This document shows, in pieces, positions 50,665 through 63,896 of a stretch of 64,000 bases of DNA. Source of the DNA: Takakia lepidozioides (Eukaryota; Plantae; Bryophyta). A model generated the notes under the pieces. It had not been told where the DNA came from. It searched no databases and saw only the letters and a list, made by a program, of their open reading frames with translations. The DNA is taken from contig CM060732.1 in assembly GCA_030704615.1 (NCBI GenBank), forward strand, positions 78,182,001-78,246,000. Reading direction: 5' to 3'. How positions within the stretch are numbered: position 1 is the stretch's first letter; each line of letters starts with the position of its first letter. The position numbers were made by a program, and so were the translations under genes.

Positions 50665-53455
50665 GTCTGTACTTTGTAGCTACAGCTTACTCTGCCCGTC
50701 TCTCTCTTCCAGCACACATTTGTCTCTGTCTCTCTCTGCAGCCCCCGAACTTTCCCTTCCTCTCAACCCCCGGAGCTTCTCCCAGCAGCACTAAAGCTCG
50801 TTTCAACTTGGTCCCGAGCAGTCCGAGACCTCCGATTCTGACAGCACCCACAAGGTGGCAAAGTGCAGCTAAATAGTGAACACTTGTAAACGTCATCATG
50901 CTGTATGTTGAGGGAGAAGAACCCAGTTCCAAACGACCGTATAACCTGAGCCTTTACAGCGAAGAATCTCATCAGTCTGCAGCCTCTGGAGCTCTGCAGT
51001 CTGCAGCTCCTCCTCAGAGTTGGGGACTGAGCGACACCTCCTTTGCAGTACCTGGGTTCCGTCTCTCCCGAACCTGGTCAGGTTCGTTCCTCCCGAGCCT
51101 CGCTTACTAGTAAGTTAGGGACTCGTGACTAGTGAGTGTTAGTTACTAGTTACTGGTAAAATAGTGACTCTCATTTAGTACAGTCAAACCTGGATAAATA
51201 CTAGGTAGTAAATGGTAACTTACTACTGACAGCAGGATGGGTTTATGTCAGTTGAGGTGCCCCTCATCATTCGACGGCGTCGACGGCAGGACTGTCAGCA
51301 CGACGCCGCCGCCGCCGTCAGGACTCAGTCCCTTGTCCCTTCCGTCCGAGGCCCGTCTCTCGTTCGACAGTGTCAGAGATCAGTGAGTGGCGACTCGCGA
51401 GTGAAATCATCGAACAAGACTGCTCATGTTGAACTAATGTCAAGAGACCATAAAATTCAGTTGCGAAGTATGAACTCAGGCCACAGACTCAAAACCTCTG
51501 GTTCGAAACTTAATGTTCAAAGAGAAAACCTCCAAAGATTAATTCCAAGTCGAAATTATTATACATGTATGCTTAGATCGAGGAGGTGCAAGCTTTGACG
51601 ATCAAATGAATCTTGACGCCAGGGTATGGAGTAAGGACCAGTGTTGTGAACCCAGTACTTGAACATAAATGTAAGTATATCACAGTAGACCAGCTCCTTG
51701 TTTCTCAATTTGCAAGAGCTCTATAGACTATAAAACATTTGTAACATGCGCGAGCACATTTGAGAAGCTTGATCTATTGTGGATTTATGGTCGACTAACG
51801 GCCAGCTTCTTGTAGCTTACAAGAACTATGCAGAACTGGGTATACATTATTCATGATGACGTTCGAAACTCAAGGTGACCTTGCAACGCAAGTGCACCCC
51901 TGGTGAAACAGCTCGACATGGGATCTTGTTATCCTGCCACTGCAATGACGAATCAATGGTGGGGTTCCGGAGAATCTGTATAAAGTAAACCTGGACAGAG
52001 AACAAAGGCATAGTACTTACATACTTTGACACTGCACGCTACGTACAAGGAGACGTGTGACGGTGTGCATTCCGCGGATTGCTTACCACTCGAACGTGAA
52101 TGGAGCCCTGGAAGAACAGATGTCGATGGAGAATATGGGCATCAGTCGAACAAGCAATTGCACATGTGATCTCAGTTGCTGTTCAAACCCAGTACTGAGT
52201 CTGAACTTAGAAATATCAGTACTGCAGCCTGCAGATATTCTTGGCAAATGCAGATCTCTGCAATAAAAGAAAATTTCCTGGGTGTCCAAAGATCTGCATT
52301 GAGTGCTGAAGAGAAATTGGAAGAATTTGGGGTCTATAGATGCAGAGATCTCATGTTCTCCATCTGACTTATAGAACTTGTTCTAAATAGAAAGTTGAAA
52401 GACACCAATAGCTCGATATGTACTAGAACAAATTTCCTTGCCTCATGTTTTAAAATGTCCAATAACTGTTTGAATCGTTGCCGTGGTACGTTGGAAGCTG
52501 ACAGACTTGAACGCAATCGGATAAGTTGAGCTGATGTTTTAAATTTTCTGTAAAAAAAGTAGAACTTATGTAACTACACTTCAAATATTGCTAGAAAGTC
52601 CCCTCAACGACTAAAGTACCGAAGGTGGTGGTAGTGAGATCTATACAACGAGCACACAGGTCTACGTAAAACTGGATCATCCATGCGGACCCTTTTGCAG
52701 GGTAGATGATCTGACAACAAGCCGGAGTTCCTTAGTACCTGATGCCTCCAGATGGACTTGTAAGCCTTCTTACAGTCCTTGCACACTGCCCAGCAGTTCT
52801 AAGCAGAGTCCTCGTTGTATAATGGGCGAGAAAGCTGACCAGAAAGTTGCCGTACAATACTGGTAGTCTTGTCACCTTGTCACTCGGCATCGAGGAAGCA
52901 GAAAGCCTCATGTGGTCCAACAGAGCTCTACGTCACGCCAACCAGGACGCTTCACTCATTTGGCCACCATTTTTTCCGAGGATCATCTAAAGTTCACTTC
53001 ATGTGCACTGATTTTTGAAAAGTAAGATTTCGTCTTTCCTTCAAGAGAGGTGAGCGGCTGCGAGAAAGGCGCTGCTACATGCGGCTCGCCGCCAGGTAAG
53101 TCAGCACTGTTGTGTAGCTAGGAAATCGGAGGTTCCATTCGAGGGCCTCTCTTCTCACGTGATATTTCTAAAAACTTCTCTACTAGAACACAAAGTCATG
53201 GCACTGCCAACGTGGCGCGATTTTACAGGCGCCAACTATTCGTCGTCATCGCATTGAATACGTCCACCGAACGAACGGATCGTACTAAATTCATCCACGC
53301 AGCAGACTCATTTCCCGAGTCTACCGGACCGCCAGTCCAGCGGACTATTCGCTTTGCTCAGGCGAAGCGGCTTCATATTGGAGGCACTTCCCTGCCAGCG
53401 GAATGAAGACAAAAGAGAGTAAGGGGAGAACAGGAAAGTTGAACACACCCATTGC

Positions 53456-54100
53456 GAACAGACTCGCGGCACAACAGACTGATGCATGCACAATCCAACA
53501 TACTGATATCCATAGAGGAGAACTATCCAGCAGACGGACGTTTCGCCAGACTGGCGGGAGAACAAGCCAAAAGACTGACCGAAGGGAAAATAAGAAGTCA
53601 AACAGACTTAGTGCAACAGACTTCCGACACAACAGACTGACAAATTCACAAGTGCAACAAACTGATATCCCAACAGACGGACTTCCAGCAGACCGCCTCC
53701 AAACTGACTGTTATGCACGCGATAAGGGGAATATCCGGAGCACTGACGGGCCAGCGGACCCACTGTGAACAGACTCGTGACACAATAGACTGATGCATGC
53801 ACAGTCCAACAGACTGATATCCATAGAGGAGAACTGTCCAGCAGACGGACGTTTCGCCAGACTGGCGGGAGAACAAGCCAAAAGACTGACCAGAGGGAAA
53901 ATAAGAAGTCAAACAGACTTAGTGCAACAGACTTCCGACACAACACACTGACAAATTCACAAGTGCAACAAACTGATATCCCAACAGACGGACTTCCAGC
54001 AGACTGCCTCCAAACTGACTGTTATGCACGCGATAAGGGGAATATCCGGAGCACTGACGGGCCAGCGGACCCACTGTGAACAAACTCGCGACACAACGGA
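53456..54100. repeat. 311-bp tandem duplication (2 copies plus start of a third), CAGACT-rich
   Basis: GAACA(G/A)ACTCG starts at 53456, 53767 and 54078. Confidence 0.95.
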
Positions 54101-54837
54101 CCTCAAACATCCACGCGCATTTGCAGATGCAATTGTCTCAGACATCTCCCGTCGTGGCTCAGACATCTGCATTCAGCAGGTGTGTGTGGATGTTTGAGGA
54201 CCTTACGACTGGATGGTGTTCCGTGACGACTCGAATTGTTTTTTTGTGCTGCCATCCCTTATATAATACCATGTGGATCCATCACAAAGCTGGGTTTCTT
54301 CAGATTCTCCACCTTTTTCCACAACTTATGCACGACGGATGCAAGCCGCTATACTTGGTCACATAAACAGTCCCATCGTCCGATACGAAATCTGCAATAC
54401 ACGCCCCCATGTGCATACGCTTCCACCATTTTCGCGCCCATGTTTCCCATGGGTTCCTTTAACGAACTAAATTTGTGAAGGCTCTCATGAGGGATGCAGT
54501 ACGAAGGGGCTAAATGTATCATGACGGATCACAAGCAGAGGACGTTATCGACAACAGATGTCCGCATTTTCCATATTTATGACATAGAACCAAACCATAA
54601 AACGAAGGTTCCCGAAAGCACAACAAGAAGGCAAAAATAGTGGAAGCATATGCACGATGGTGGCTGTAGTGCCCAGACAGTCCTCTCAAGTTCAAGCACA
54701 CGCTTCATCATCATCATGAACGTCGCGCGCAAAAGAGGAACAGTCGCGTGCATGGAAACGCCTACCGCAACATCGGACAACAAACAGCCATCAAAAGAGA
54801 GCGGCCGGGATTTGGTGGGAAGATCATTGTCATTTTC

Positions 54838-54922
54838 GCAGCCCTAAAAATGAAGGGCTCGGATAGGTTATGGGAATGGACGGTGGCGATCCTGCGTCGT
54901 CAGTGGACTGGATGGCAGGGGA
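54838..54922. repeat. 85-bp direct repeat, copy 1 (copy 2 at 63897-63981)
   Basis: GCAGCCCTAAAAATG...GGATGGCAGGGGA. Four mismatches between copies, all transitions. Confidence 0.95.
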
Positions 54923-55515
54923 CAGGCCAGCGGACTGGCGAGCAGACTGGCGGACTGGCAGACTGCTGGGCACCGGACTGGCGGGCAGACTGGCAGACTG
55001 CTGGGCAGCCGACTGACCAGCAGCGGACTGGCAGACTGGAGGGCAGCGGACTCATGGGTGGGGGACTGGCCGCACGGTGGACGGGGGCGCGGGCGCGGGC
55101 GCGGTTGCTGCAGCAGCGCCCGCGGCTGGGCGACCGCGCGCAGCGGCGGGCGGGGTGCTGGGGAGCCGGGCGTCCGTGCGCGGGGCCCACCGGCCACATC
55201 GCACGTGCCCGCTGTAGGCGGGCTGGATAGAGCAGACAAACGCAGCGTTGCCGCCCTACTTCGCAACAGAGGCTGGTCAGCAGGTTTGTTTACACTTGCT
55301 GGACCTGTCTTTGCAGCTTCGTGGGTCGCATGCGTAGAACTGACCCGCGCATCGGGGGGCGTGCTCACCCCCACACCTTTGATGGTTGTCGATCCCACAT
55401 TTGCAGCATGGGCGGAAGATGTCATGTCCTTAGAAGTAGACAGTTTGCCGACGGAGGACGAACATCCTGTGAGGATACCGAGCAAAATGTCGAATTAGCC
55501 CAATTTCACAATGTG

Positions 55516-58500
55516 CTAAAACATAAACAAAAGTGCTGAAAGAGGAAATGGCACAACCTGCCCAAGGGGTGAGGGAGCAGACTCCATGTAATCCAGCGTT
55601 ATACCAGACGGTATCTGCGCCGCATGTGGTTCCTTGTCAGTGTGCCTGCCAGCATGTTTAGTCTGTTGCTCAATGTGGGCAGTCTGCTCGGCCGCCGGTT
55701 CTTCGTCAGTCCTTTCGTCTGTGAACTGTGCAGTCTGCTGGCAACTCTGCGGTTCAGTCTCTTCCTCAATGTGGGCAATGTGCCCGGTGGCAGGTTGGTC
55801 GTCAGTCCTTCCCTCTGTGAAGTGTGCAGTGTGCTGGTCAGGCCGTGCAATCTGCACTGTGCAGTCAGAGCTGAGCTGTGCAGTCTGCCGCTCCGAGCCA
55901 TCCTGGTCAGTCCTTCCATCTGTGACCTGTGCAGTCTGCTGGTTAGTCTACGGTTCAGTCTGCTCATCAATGAAGACAGTATGCTGCCCCGCCACAGGTT
56001 GCTCGGCAGTCCTTCCATGTGTCCACTGTTCAGTGTGCTGGTCAGTCTGGTCGACAGCCGGCTGGGTGTTCGGATCTCCATGGACTTGGGAAACATCAAG
56101 AACATGTATGGAAGACCCACCGGTAATTTCTTCCTCAGACTCTTCTGTAAGATCTATGATACGGTTTTGCGTTCCCAGATTGAGTTCAGTCTCACGTAAG
56201 ACTCATCTATGGCTTTCGCCACTGAGCGCACGAAAACGGGACTAACCTGGAAGGTCATAGAAGGTAGGCCACGGGGAGCTGCATAAGAATGCTTTACCGG
56301 TGACCTAATGACGTCGTCATTGAATGTGCCTGGGGGGAAAGTGGACTCGGTCAAAACACTCATACTGGCAGATCCAAAAACATGTTGTTGGGAACTCAGC
56401 ACAAATTCGTCCACAGGGTCCCGGTGAGGCCAGTGCATTCGAGTCTGTTGCACAATCCAGGGAACAGACTGGCTGTTAGTCTCCTGGATAGTCTGCTCGG
56501 CCATCTGCTGAGTGGGTTCGCCAGTGTGCTGCACAGTCTGCTGAGGGGCAATCTGCTGGCTGGATTCGTCGGTCTGCTACACGGTCTGCTGAGGGGCAAT
56601 CTGCTGGCTGGATTCGTCGGTCTGCTGTACAGTTTGCTGAGGGGCAATCTGGTGGCCATGTTCGCTGGTCTGGTGCACAGTCAGCTGAGGGGCAATCTGT
56701 TGGCCGGTCTGTTCTCCGGTCTGCTGCAAAGTCTGCAAAGTTCGCTGCCCGCTTAGTACTATTTGCGCATACTGAGTATGTGTGTGCGGGGCAGTCTGCT
56801 GGGAGTGATCCGGCCTATTACCCGGGACGGTCTGGTGCACATGCCCGGTCTCCAGCACTTGGGCAGTCTGCCCACATGTGTCGTGGGGAATATGTTGTTC
56901 GACATTCTTGTGGCCAGTCTGCTGGACAGTCTCCCGAACTGCTTGTAAAGCCAGGACAAGGTCCCTTGCACCTCTGGCAAAAGAGTCAAAAGCAGCCTGC
57001 ACTTGTTTGTCTCCCAGATTAACTCGCCCTGCAACACATGTTTATGCAAATGTGAACTTGTAAAAAAATTGGCAAAAGAAATTGAGCTGAAACACGAAAG
57101 TTGCCCATAACATTTTACCTTCCAAGAGATTTCCGACGAGGCCAATGTCCTTGATTTGCCGGCACAGGCATGCTCCATCGAGATGAGCAATGGCGCCGAT
57201 GTGGTCTTCAGTTGGGATCCCACACCACAGGACTTTGAAGACATTGGGATTCTGCAAAACAATGTCGAATACTGCTCGCTCCATCACCAATGCAAACCAG
57301 TGCAATGCGTCATCCACCACAAACTTCTGTGAATGGTCTGTTCCATGGAGTAAGTCCATCCTCAAACTATGCAGATCCTTCATCAACTTGTTGTATGAAT
57401 TGCATCCATCTGTGTTGTAGGAAGGAAGTTGCCATGCGCTCAAAGTCCTCCTCAGTCAATCCGAACAAGTGCTTTCTTCGCACCCCAAAGGTTGGATGTG
57501 CCATAGGCATATGTCTGAGGTCTTCAGGCCGTGGGTCATCCATGAGAATCAGCTGCACAAGTAGAGGCGGCGCATTTTGGTCGCTTGTGGCTTCAATAGC
57601 AACAGCAGAGGCGGCTTCTAGAACATGGTTGGCTTCCTCAATAGAAAACTCCATGGAATAATGAAAGGGTACAAATGACCACCGGCGGTCCGCAACAATC
57701 CAGTGGAGCTCATTATGCCAATCCAAATGGGGATTAATTTCTCCCACCCTAAGCCGGGGAAGTGTGAGGTCTTCAGCTCCGGGTCGAATTACCGGTGATG
57801 GCAATCGCCAAACTGCAAAAAGCGCCGTGCTATGTGAGAGAAAGGCAGTCTGCTGGTCAGTCTGCTGGTTCGCAGTCTGTTGGATGACAGGACTTCCCAT
57901 TGGCATGGGCTGCATGATGGGCTCCTGGAGAGGAGTCTGCAGGATGACAGGCTGCTCGTTGGGAGTCTGCTCTGTTGGAGTCTGCTGGATGACAAGCTGT
58001 TGAACGGGAGTCTGCTGGATGACGGCCTGCTGAATGGGAGTCTGCTGGATAGCAGACTCGGATGTCCCAGACGCATTCCCCCCCCGACGCGTCTTCAATA
58101 TATAATGTCGCTATAGCAGTAGATGACCCAGGATACTTCAATAATATGTACTCTCGTACGCGGTCCACTTCCGCACGTACTGCAGTCGCTTGTAAAGGAG
58201 CATCATTGCTAGGTATCCGCCAAGCCTGAATGGCCCTACGAATAGAAACACGTTCATCCTGGTACACGGCAGAGAACTTCGACGTCAGGAACATGGACGT
58301 GGACTCTATATTCACCTCATGCAGCGGATTGGACTCACAGACCAGCAGACTGTAACGTGCGTACGTAGGGTGGAGACAACTAGTAGACTATACCAGTGGA
58401 CTGGACCAACGGACTGACAAACGGACTCAGTAAGTAATGCAGCGATATAAAACAGACTAACTGACGAGCGGACTGAGGAGAGAACGCAGGGGACTGACCA

Positions 58501-59538
58501 GACTGAATAGGCAACGTGACCCCGATGATGGACTCAAACAACACAGAGAACAGACTGGGCGGTCAGACTGACCATTACCTCCTCTACTTCATCATCGTCA
58601 TCTTCAACTTCAAAGCTGTTCAACCAGTTCTGTTCCGCCTGTCAGATTAATGTGCGTAGCAGACCTGAATGGGCAACTCTATAGAAATAATGGAAGAAGT
58701 CTGGATCCCCAATTGGTGGGCACTCTGGTGGGAAAAGCCCAAAGTCAACGAGGCGCAATGTGCCAGGGCAGACTGGCCCTTCAGTGCTCTATTGAGTTTT
58801 TGGTTTTGACCCTAAACCGATGGCATGGGTCGCGATATTTGTGTGAGTCTGCTGCCGAGTCTGGTCAGGCAAGTCAATGTCCACTGGACTTGTCACCCCT
58901 TCCAGGCCCTGAGCAGATTCACATTCAGTATCAGTACTGATGGTGTGGGTCTGCCGCCCAGGACGGGGTTCAGTCTGTTGCGTGGATTTTGCCCTTGCCT
59001 CGCGAGCAGACCTTGCAGCCTTCTCCTTTTTTTGCCTCTCCTTTTTTTGGGCCCCATCACTCAGTTTACGTTTTCTGGGAGCATCCAGCGTTCCCTGCAC
59101 TTGCAAATCCTCTATTGACGGGCCACCACAATGGACGCCATACCGTGCGCGCACTTCGTCTAATTCCAAAGTGCGGGGGTCAAGCACTGATCCGCGTAAG
59201 CGCATTGTGGCCTCTTTGACAATCGACATTTCTTTCAGTATCGGCCAAGGCTTGAAATCCCGTGGAATCATTGCAACAGTCTCCTTGCAACCCGTGTCAA
59301 CACAATGCAGATTTAGTTGGATTTTGTCCTTGATTACCTCTTCACAGAAGGGATAGAAGAGCTTGTCATTCTGCCAATTCGAGTTTTTGGGCTTCTGGGC
59401 GCGGAGGTCTACAAATGCTTCCACTATTTTATTATCAAACTCGTCTGGTGAGTACCAGTACCTTCGCTCCTTCTTCAGTCTGGTTTGGTGCACAAAATCC
59501 AACCAGTCTGCTCCACCTTTTTCACAAGCATCCTCCAT
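55516..59538 (-). pseudogene. Large Gln/Thr-rich MULE cargo gene of unknown family, disrupted by stops and frameshifts
   Basis: ATG 59538 follows a TTCTGCAG acceptor. A globular-looking N-terminal region (WLDFVH..RRYWYSPDEFD..FYPFCEE) and an NLS-like PRKRK follow. The frame reads through TAG (58789) and TGA to a donor at 58578. Further coding blocks lie at 58315-57100, 57002-56154 and 56100-55516, with QQT repeats. Whether this is one gene or two is an inference. Confidence 0.55.
56530..56720 (-). repeat. 48-bp (16-aa) coding tandem repeat x4, QQIAPQQTVQQTDESS
   Basis: CTGAGGGGCAATCTG at 56541, 56589, 56637 and 56685. One copy has CAG>TAG at 56577-56579. Confidence 0.9.
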
Positions 59539-60235
59539 CGCTGCAGAATGAAACGAAGGTGCAAGGACAATGAGCGACAGAGCGACAGATAGAAGTCCTA
59601 TGAAAAGACTCACCCTAAGCAAGAAGAGGACACAGAATGGAATGGAAACACCGCAGCAAGTGAGAACCTCACCGAACCAATGAACTTCGAGTTGTTACGA
59701 AGGCGAGCGTGTTTGCGACGCTTCGCGGCTCACCACGACTCTCCACACCTGGGGAAGAACGGTCGTCTTTCGTTACGGTGATTGAAACGCAAAGAGGAAA
59801 ACAAAGCAATGCAAAACTGTGCGAAAAAACAGGCGCGAAGAGAATGGAGAAATGGTGTCAATTTTTCCATGCACTGTGCACCCGAGTCTGCTGAGCTTGA
59901 ATGTGCGAGCAGTACGCTGCCGAGGCTAGGACTGTTGGGTCTCGTACCTAGTCTGGGAGGCACCATGTCCATGAGTCCGCTGGGACGCTGGATTGGCATA
60001 AGTTGCAGGGATGAGGTGGAAGTGTGGTGAGCAGAGTTTTGGAGTGGGCAGCAGACTGGCTTACTGGCGCTCGCAGTCTGTTGACTGTGACTCTGTTGGG
60101 AGACTGTGCGTGAGTCCGTTGGGAGACTATGCTTGGGAGACTGTGTGGGAGTCAGTTGGGAGAGTGGAGGAGTCCGTTGGGAGACTGTGCATTAGTCCAT
60201 TGCGGACTTGTATTTCAGAAAGGGACAATGCTACT

Positions 60236-60500
60236 AGAAGAATTGCAGACTTATATTGTCTTCTTCGTGACACGTACACGACATGAAACCTTGTCTCTTT
60301 TTGAGGAATTGCAGACTTATATTGTCTTCTTCGTGACACCTACACGACATGAAACCTTGTCTCTTTTCGAGGAATTGCAGACTTATATTGTCTTCTCCGT
60401 GACACCTACACGACGTGAAACCTTGTCTCTTTTCGAGGCATTGCAGACTTATATTGTCTTCTTCGTGACATCTACACGACCTGAAACCTTGCGAATTTTC
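60236..60500. repeat. 66-bp tandem repeat x4 downstream of the transposase
   Basis: ATTGCAGACTTATATTGTCTTCT recurs at ~60242, 60308, 60374 and 60440. Confidence 0.95.
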
Positions 60501-60627
60501 GAGTATATATGTGCTGCAGGTGCAGGTGCAGACACCCTCTTGCTGGTTCTCCGCAAAACCCTAGGCCGGGTTTTCCAGGCCTCCACGAAATCTCGTCTCC
60601 TTTTCATAGACATGTTGTTGTTGTCGT

Positions 60628-63600
60628 TCAGAGGTGCAACATTCCAGCCGCACTTTTCGCCAGGATATCAACGAGCTGCCCTCTGCACATATGAAGAGCA
60701 GATCGGGCATGTGCCTCCAGGTATTTGTCATCACCTACAATGCGAAGTATGTCCGCGAATTCTTGTTCCAATGAGTCTGAGACCTCCAGAGGTGCCTCGT
60801 CGTAGGGGAAGTCGTCCAGAGGATGTCTTTCCATGAACTGATTGGATTCGTCGTTGCCGCCGGCACCATTGCCCAAGAGCAAGTTAGGTAATCCTCCATG
60901 AATGGTTCCCAACGCCGTGCCACAAGCGCGCACAAGGAGGCCATCCTGCAGGTCAGGGTGAAGCATCTTCAGGACACGGATCTGATGCTTGCATAAGTTT
61001 CCCTTCATTGCCCATGGGCACGTGCAACAACCCCAATCGCAATCACGATTGTAAACAATGTATGTTGTGCCGGGGTGGTTGCTGCTCAGAACGTAGGGTG
61101 GTTCACCAGGACCCAAGGAAAGAGTACCACTCTCAGCAGGAATGTCTCGTGCCGCAAATATAGAACTAGATATGTACTTTTCGTGTTTGTCATTTCTTAT
61201 GAACCCGTGGGTCTTCAAATGGATTGCGTACCAGTAGTGTGTTAGCACACGGCCAGTGAGTTCCCATATAAGCCAGTCCACTCTACGACCACTCATCTTG
61301 CCTTTCCCCATGGCAAGTCTTGCCTTCAGATTTCCATGGTATGCCTCAATGCTTGCGTTTGTGTCTTGGCTCGCATGAGGGACATGGCGGGCTGCTGTAC
61401 ACCACATTACTATTTTGGGCTTCCAATACTGTTCGATATAGTCAAGAAATTCATGACCTTTCGGATATTTTGACCTCATACGACGGATTCTCCTTGCAAC
61501 CCACCGAAGCGCTCTTTTCTCGTTGCGTGGTCCCCCTCTACAGTACATGAGGTCTCCCATATCCTTCAACAAGTTTACAGCGGTCACTAGACCCATGCGG
61601 ACATGCCAAAGGCAGAGGAAAATGAGTACTCATTCAAAAACAATTCTGCACAACACACATGGTACACATTAGAGTCTTGGGATCGGACTGCAATGGTGGA
61701 CGGTCGGAGTGGACTGTAACAGCGACCTGTATCAGCGGGCAGAGCCACTGGACTCGGCCAGTGGACAGTACAATGCCATGACATTGATGTTCTCGAATAA
61801 CCCCATTGGACTACCCAGTGGACTTCCCAATTAGACTTCCCCTAGCTAGGACTGGGGCAGCGGACTGCCGAGCGGACTTGCCAGGGACTGTCGGGTGGAC
61901 TTGGCAGCGGACGGCCGACCCCAGGGACTGTTGAGTGTACTTGGCAGCGGACTGCCAAGCGGACTTGCCGGGGACTGCCAGCGGACTTGCCAGGGGACTG
62001 ATGACCGGACTTGACAGCGGACTACCAGTGGATTTGCCCAGCGAACTGCCATCGGGTTTCGCCACAGGAGTCTGCCAGTGGACTGTAGCAATGGACTGCT
62101 GCAGTGGACCTCGACAATGGACCGGTGTTGTGGACCAACAGACTTACCAAATAGCGTTGATTTCTGCTTCGGCATCGTCCACAATGAAGGCATTGGGTCG
62201 CCAACTCGGCAAATCTGCGAGGAGTGAATCGCGCAAGGCTCTCATCCACGGAACCAGGTCTCTTGTCCGATTCCTCGCAGATAGGATATAGGCAACTGGT
62301 ATACCGTTCAACCACTCGTCGAAGACCATCAACGTGTACAATGGGAACTGTTGGAATGCACAATGTAAGATGGTCAGAGCATGCAAATTCCGCTCAGTTC
62401 TGCACGAGAAGACTTCATAAGAGTGATGAGGTCTGTAGCGGTTCACAATGGGTCTGCCTCTCGGTCTTCCGCAACGTACACAACCCTAAACATACAGAAA
62501 GGGTCAGCACACCAAATATTATGTGAATGTTGCATGGTACTATGCTATCATGCTCGTACAAGTCCATGGAATCGTTCGAATAGTACCTGTCATGATTTGT
62601 CCCAAAGGTTGCATCACATGCAACGATACGGTCATGTCCTAGTTCCAGCATTCGTCGTTTCTGCTACGGAGTCTGTATGCCAATAGTGAATGTCAAATCT
62701 CCATCAAAATGCTCGAATGTTGGCTCTATTTCTCCTCTTGATAGAAAAAAACGGACAGTATTCTGGTCTCTCCATATGCGCACACTCTCTGCATCATCGG
62801 CGTGCTTTTTGAAGGTTTGCCACGCACGTTTCTCTGCAAACATCTTGCTCCAACAAGAAATCATCGCGGGTCCATGCATCGCCCAAGCCGGTGTTGTTCA
62901 TCACGTGCTCTTTATGCTCCATCATAATTTGGGCGACCGACAGGCCTCGGCACAAACACTCGACGACCCAGGCTTTCAATTCCTCGCTAATGTGTGGTGC
63001 ATAGGCGTGGCGGGTGTTCCTGAACTCTGCGGACTTCCCATGCGAGGGTTTCCCTTGCGCATCTGTATGCTCCATGTTGTTGTAGTACGTGAGGACACAG
63101 ATGTCAGGGGCGAGATAGCATTGTTGGACCTTGAAACAGCATTGGCAACCACGTTTGTAAGACTCTCCATACTCCGACTTCTTTCTCCTTGGGCCTTTAT
63201 GAGGGCAAGATGTTCCAACACCCACAAGAGGTCCACCACGCTTATGTTTTAGATCCTCCACTATTGCCTTGTTGGTGCGCTTGTCATCAGGACCGTAGCA
63301 GCATTGATACCTGGACAGAAAATTCTAAAATCGATATCCAACGACTTGAGGAAGCATAAAATCAGAGAACTCGTTAAACAAAAAATGGCAACAGACATGC
63401 AATGAAACGTCAAAAGGACTGAGGACGTGCACACTACTTAGAGAAATGTGTTGGCTCTGGGTGCTTTTCGCGAGCCGGGTTCCACTTTAGAATGGAACAT
63501 TCACCCAAAACTGAGTGGGGTAGTCCTCCAAACTCTCCTCTCCCAGGACGAAGTCACCAACTCTATCCAAGGTATGCAGGCCTTTTCAACATTCACTCGC

Positions 63601-63752
63601 ACACCCATAAACCCATATTGCGTCTCACTCTTCCAATGGAGATCCTTCCTGTTGAAGGGTCCTGGTTTTGCTGTTTGCAAACATTGTCGAAGAGGCCGTA
63701 TAAGCGGGCTTTCCGTGATCAGTATATCATCGGGTTTTGCTTCCACGTCCAT
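60628..63752 (-). pseudogene. MULE-type DDE transposase with SWIM zinc finger (At4g13970/At1g60560-like lineage), 4 exons, pseudogenised
   Basis: Motifs IP(W)DRVGDFVLGE, YQCCYGPDD, KRGCQCCF, PSHG..YAPHISEEL, IVACDATFGTN (D1), GIPVAYI, FIVDDAEAE (D2), LCLWHV, DTNASIEAYH (E) and SWIM CTCPWAMKGNLCKH. Frameshifts at ~63570 and ~62840; premature TAG at 62664. Confidence 0.88.
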
Positions 63753-63896
63753 GCCATATACAGTACAAAGGACACACTTCTGAACATGCAAGAAACGCGC
63801 CGCAGTACAAGACACGATCGACAACGTGCCAGGAGAACAGTGCGCACGTTCGCGGCTGCTGGCAAGTGGCAGGCGGAAGGGATGCAGGTTTGAATT

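Noticed and set aside
55599-56245. Several overlapping long ORFs (Leu/Ser- and Cys/Val-rich)
   Set aside because: These are shadow frames of the CAGACT-rich Gln/Thr repeat.
59539-59622. Signal peptide on the cargo ORF
   Set aside because: It starts at a non-ATG codon and coincides with a pyrimidine-rich intron end before the CTGCAG acceptor; the likely start is ATG 59538.
60129-60836. 235-aa + strand ORF
   Set aside because: It is open only because the 66-bp repeat is stop-free in that frame, and the rest is antisense to the transposase.
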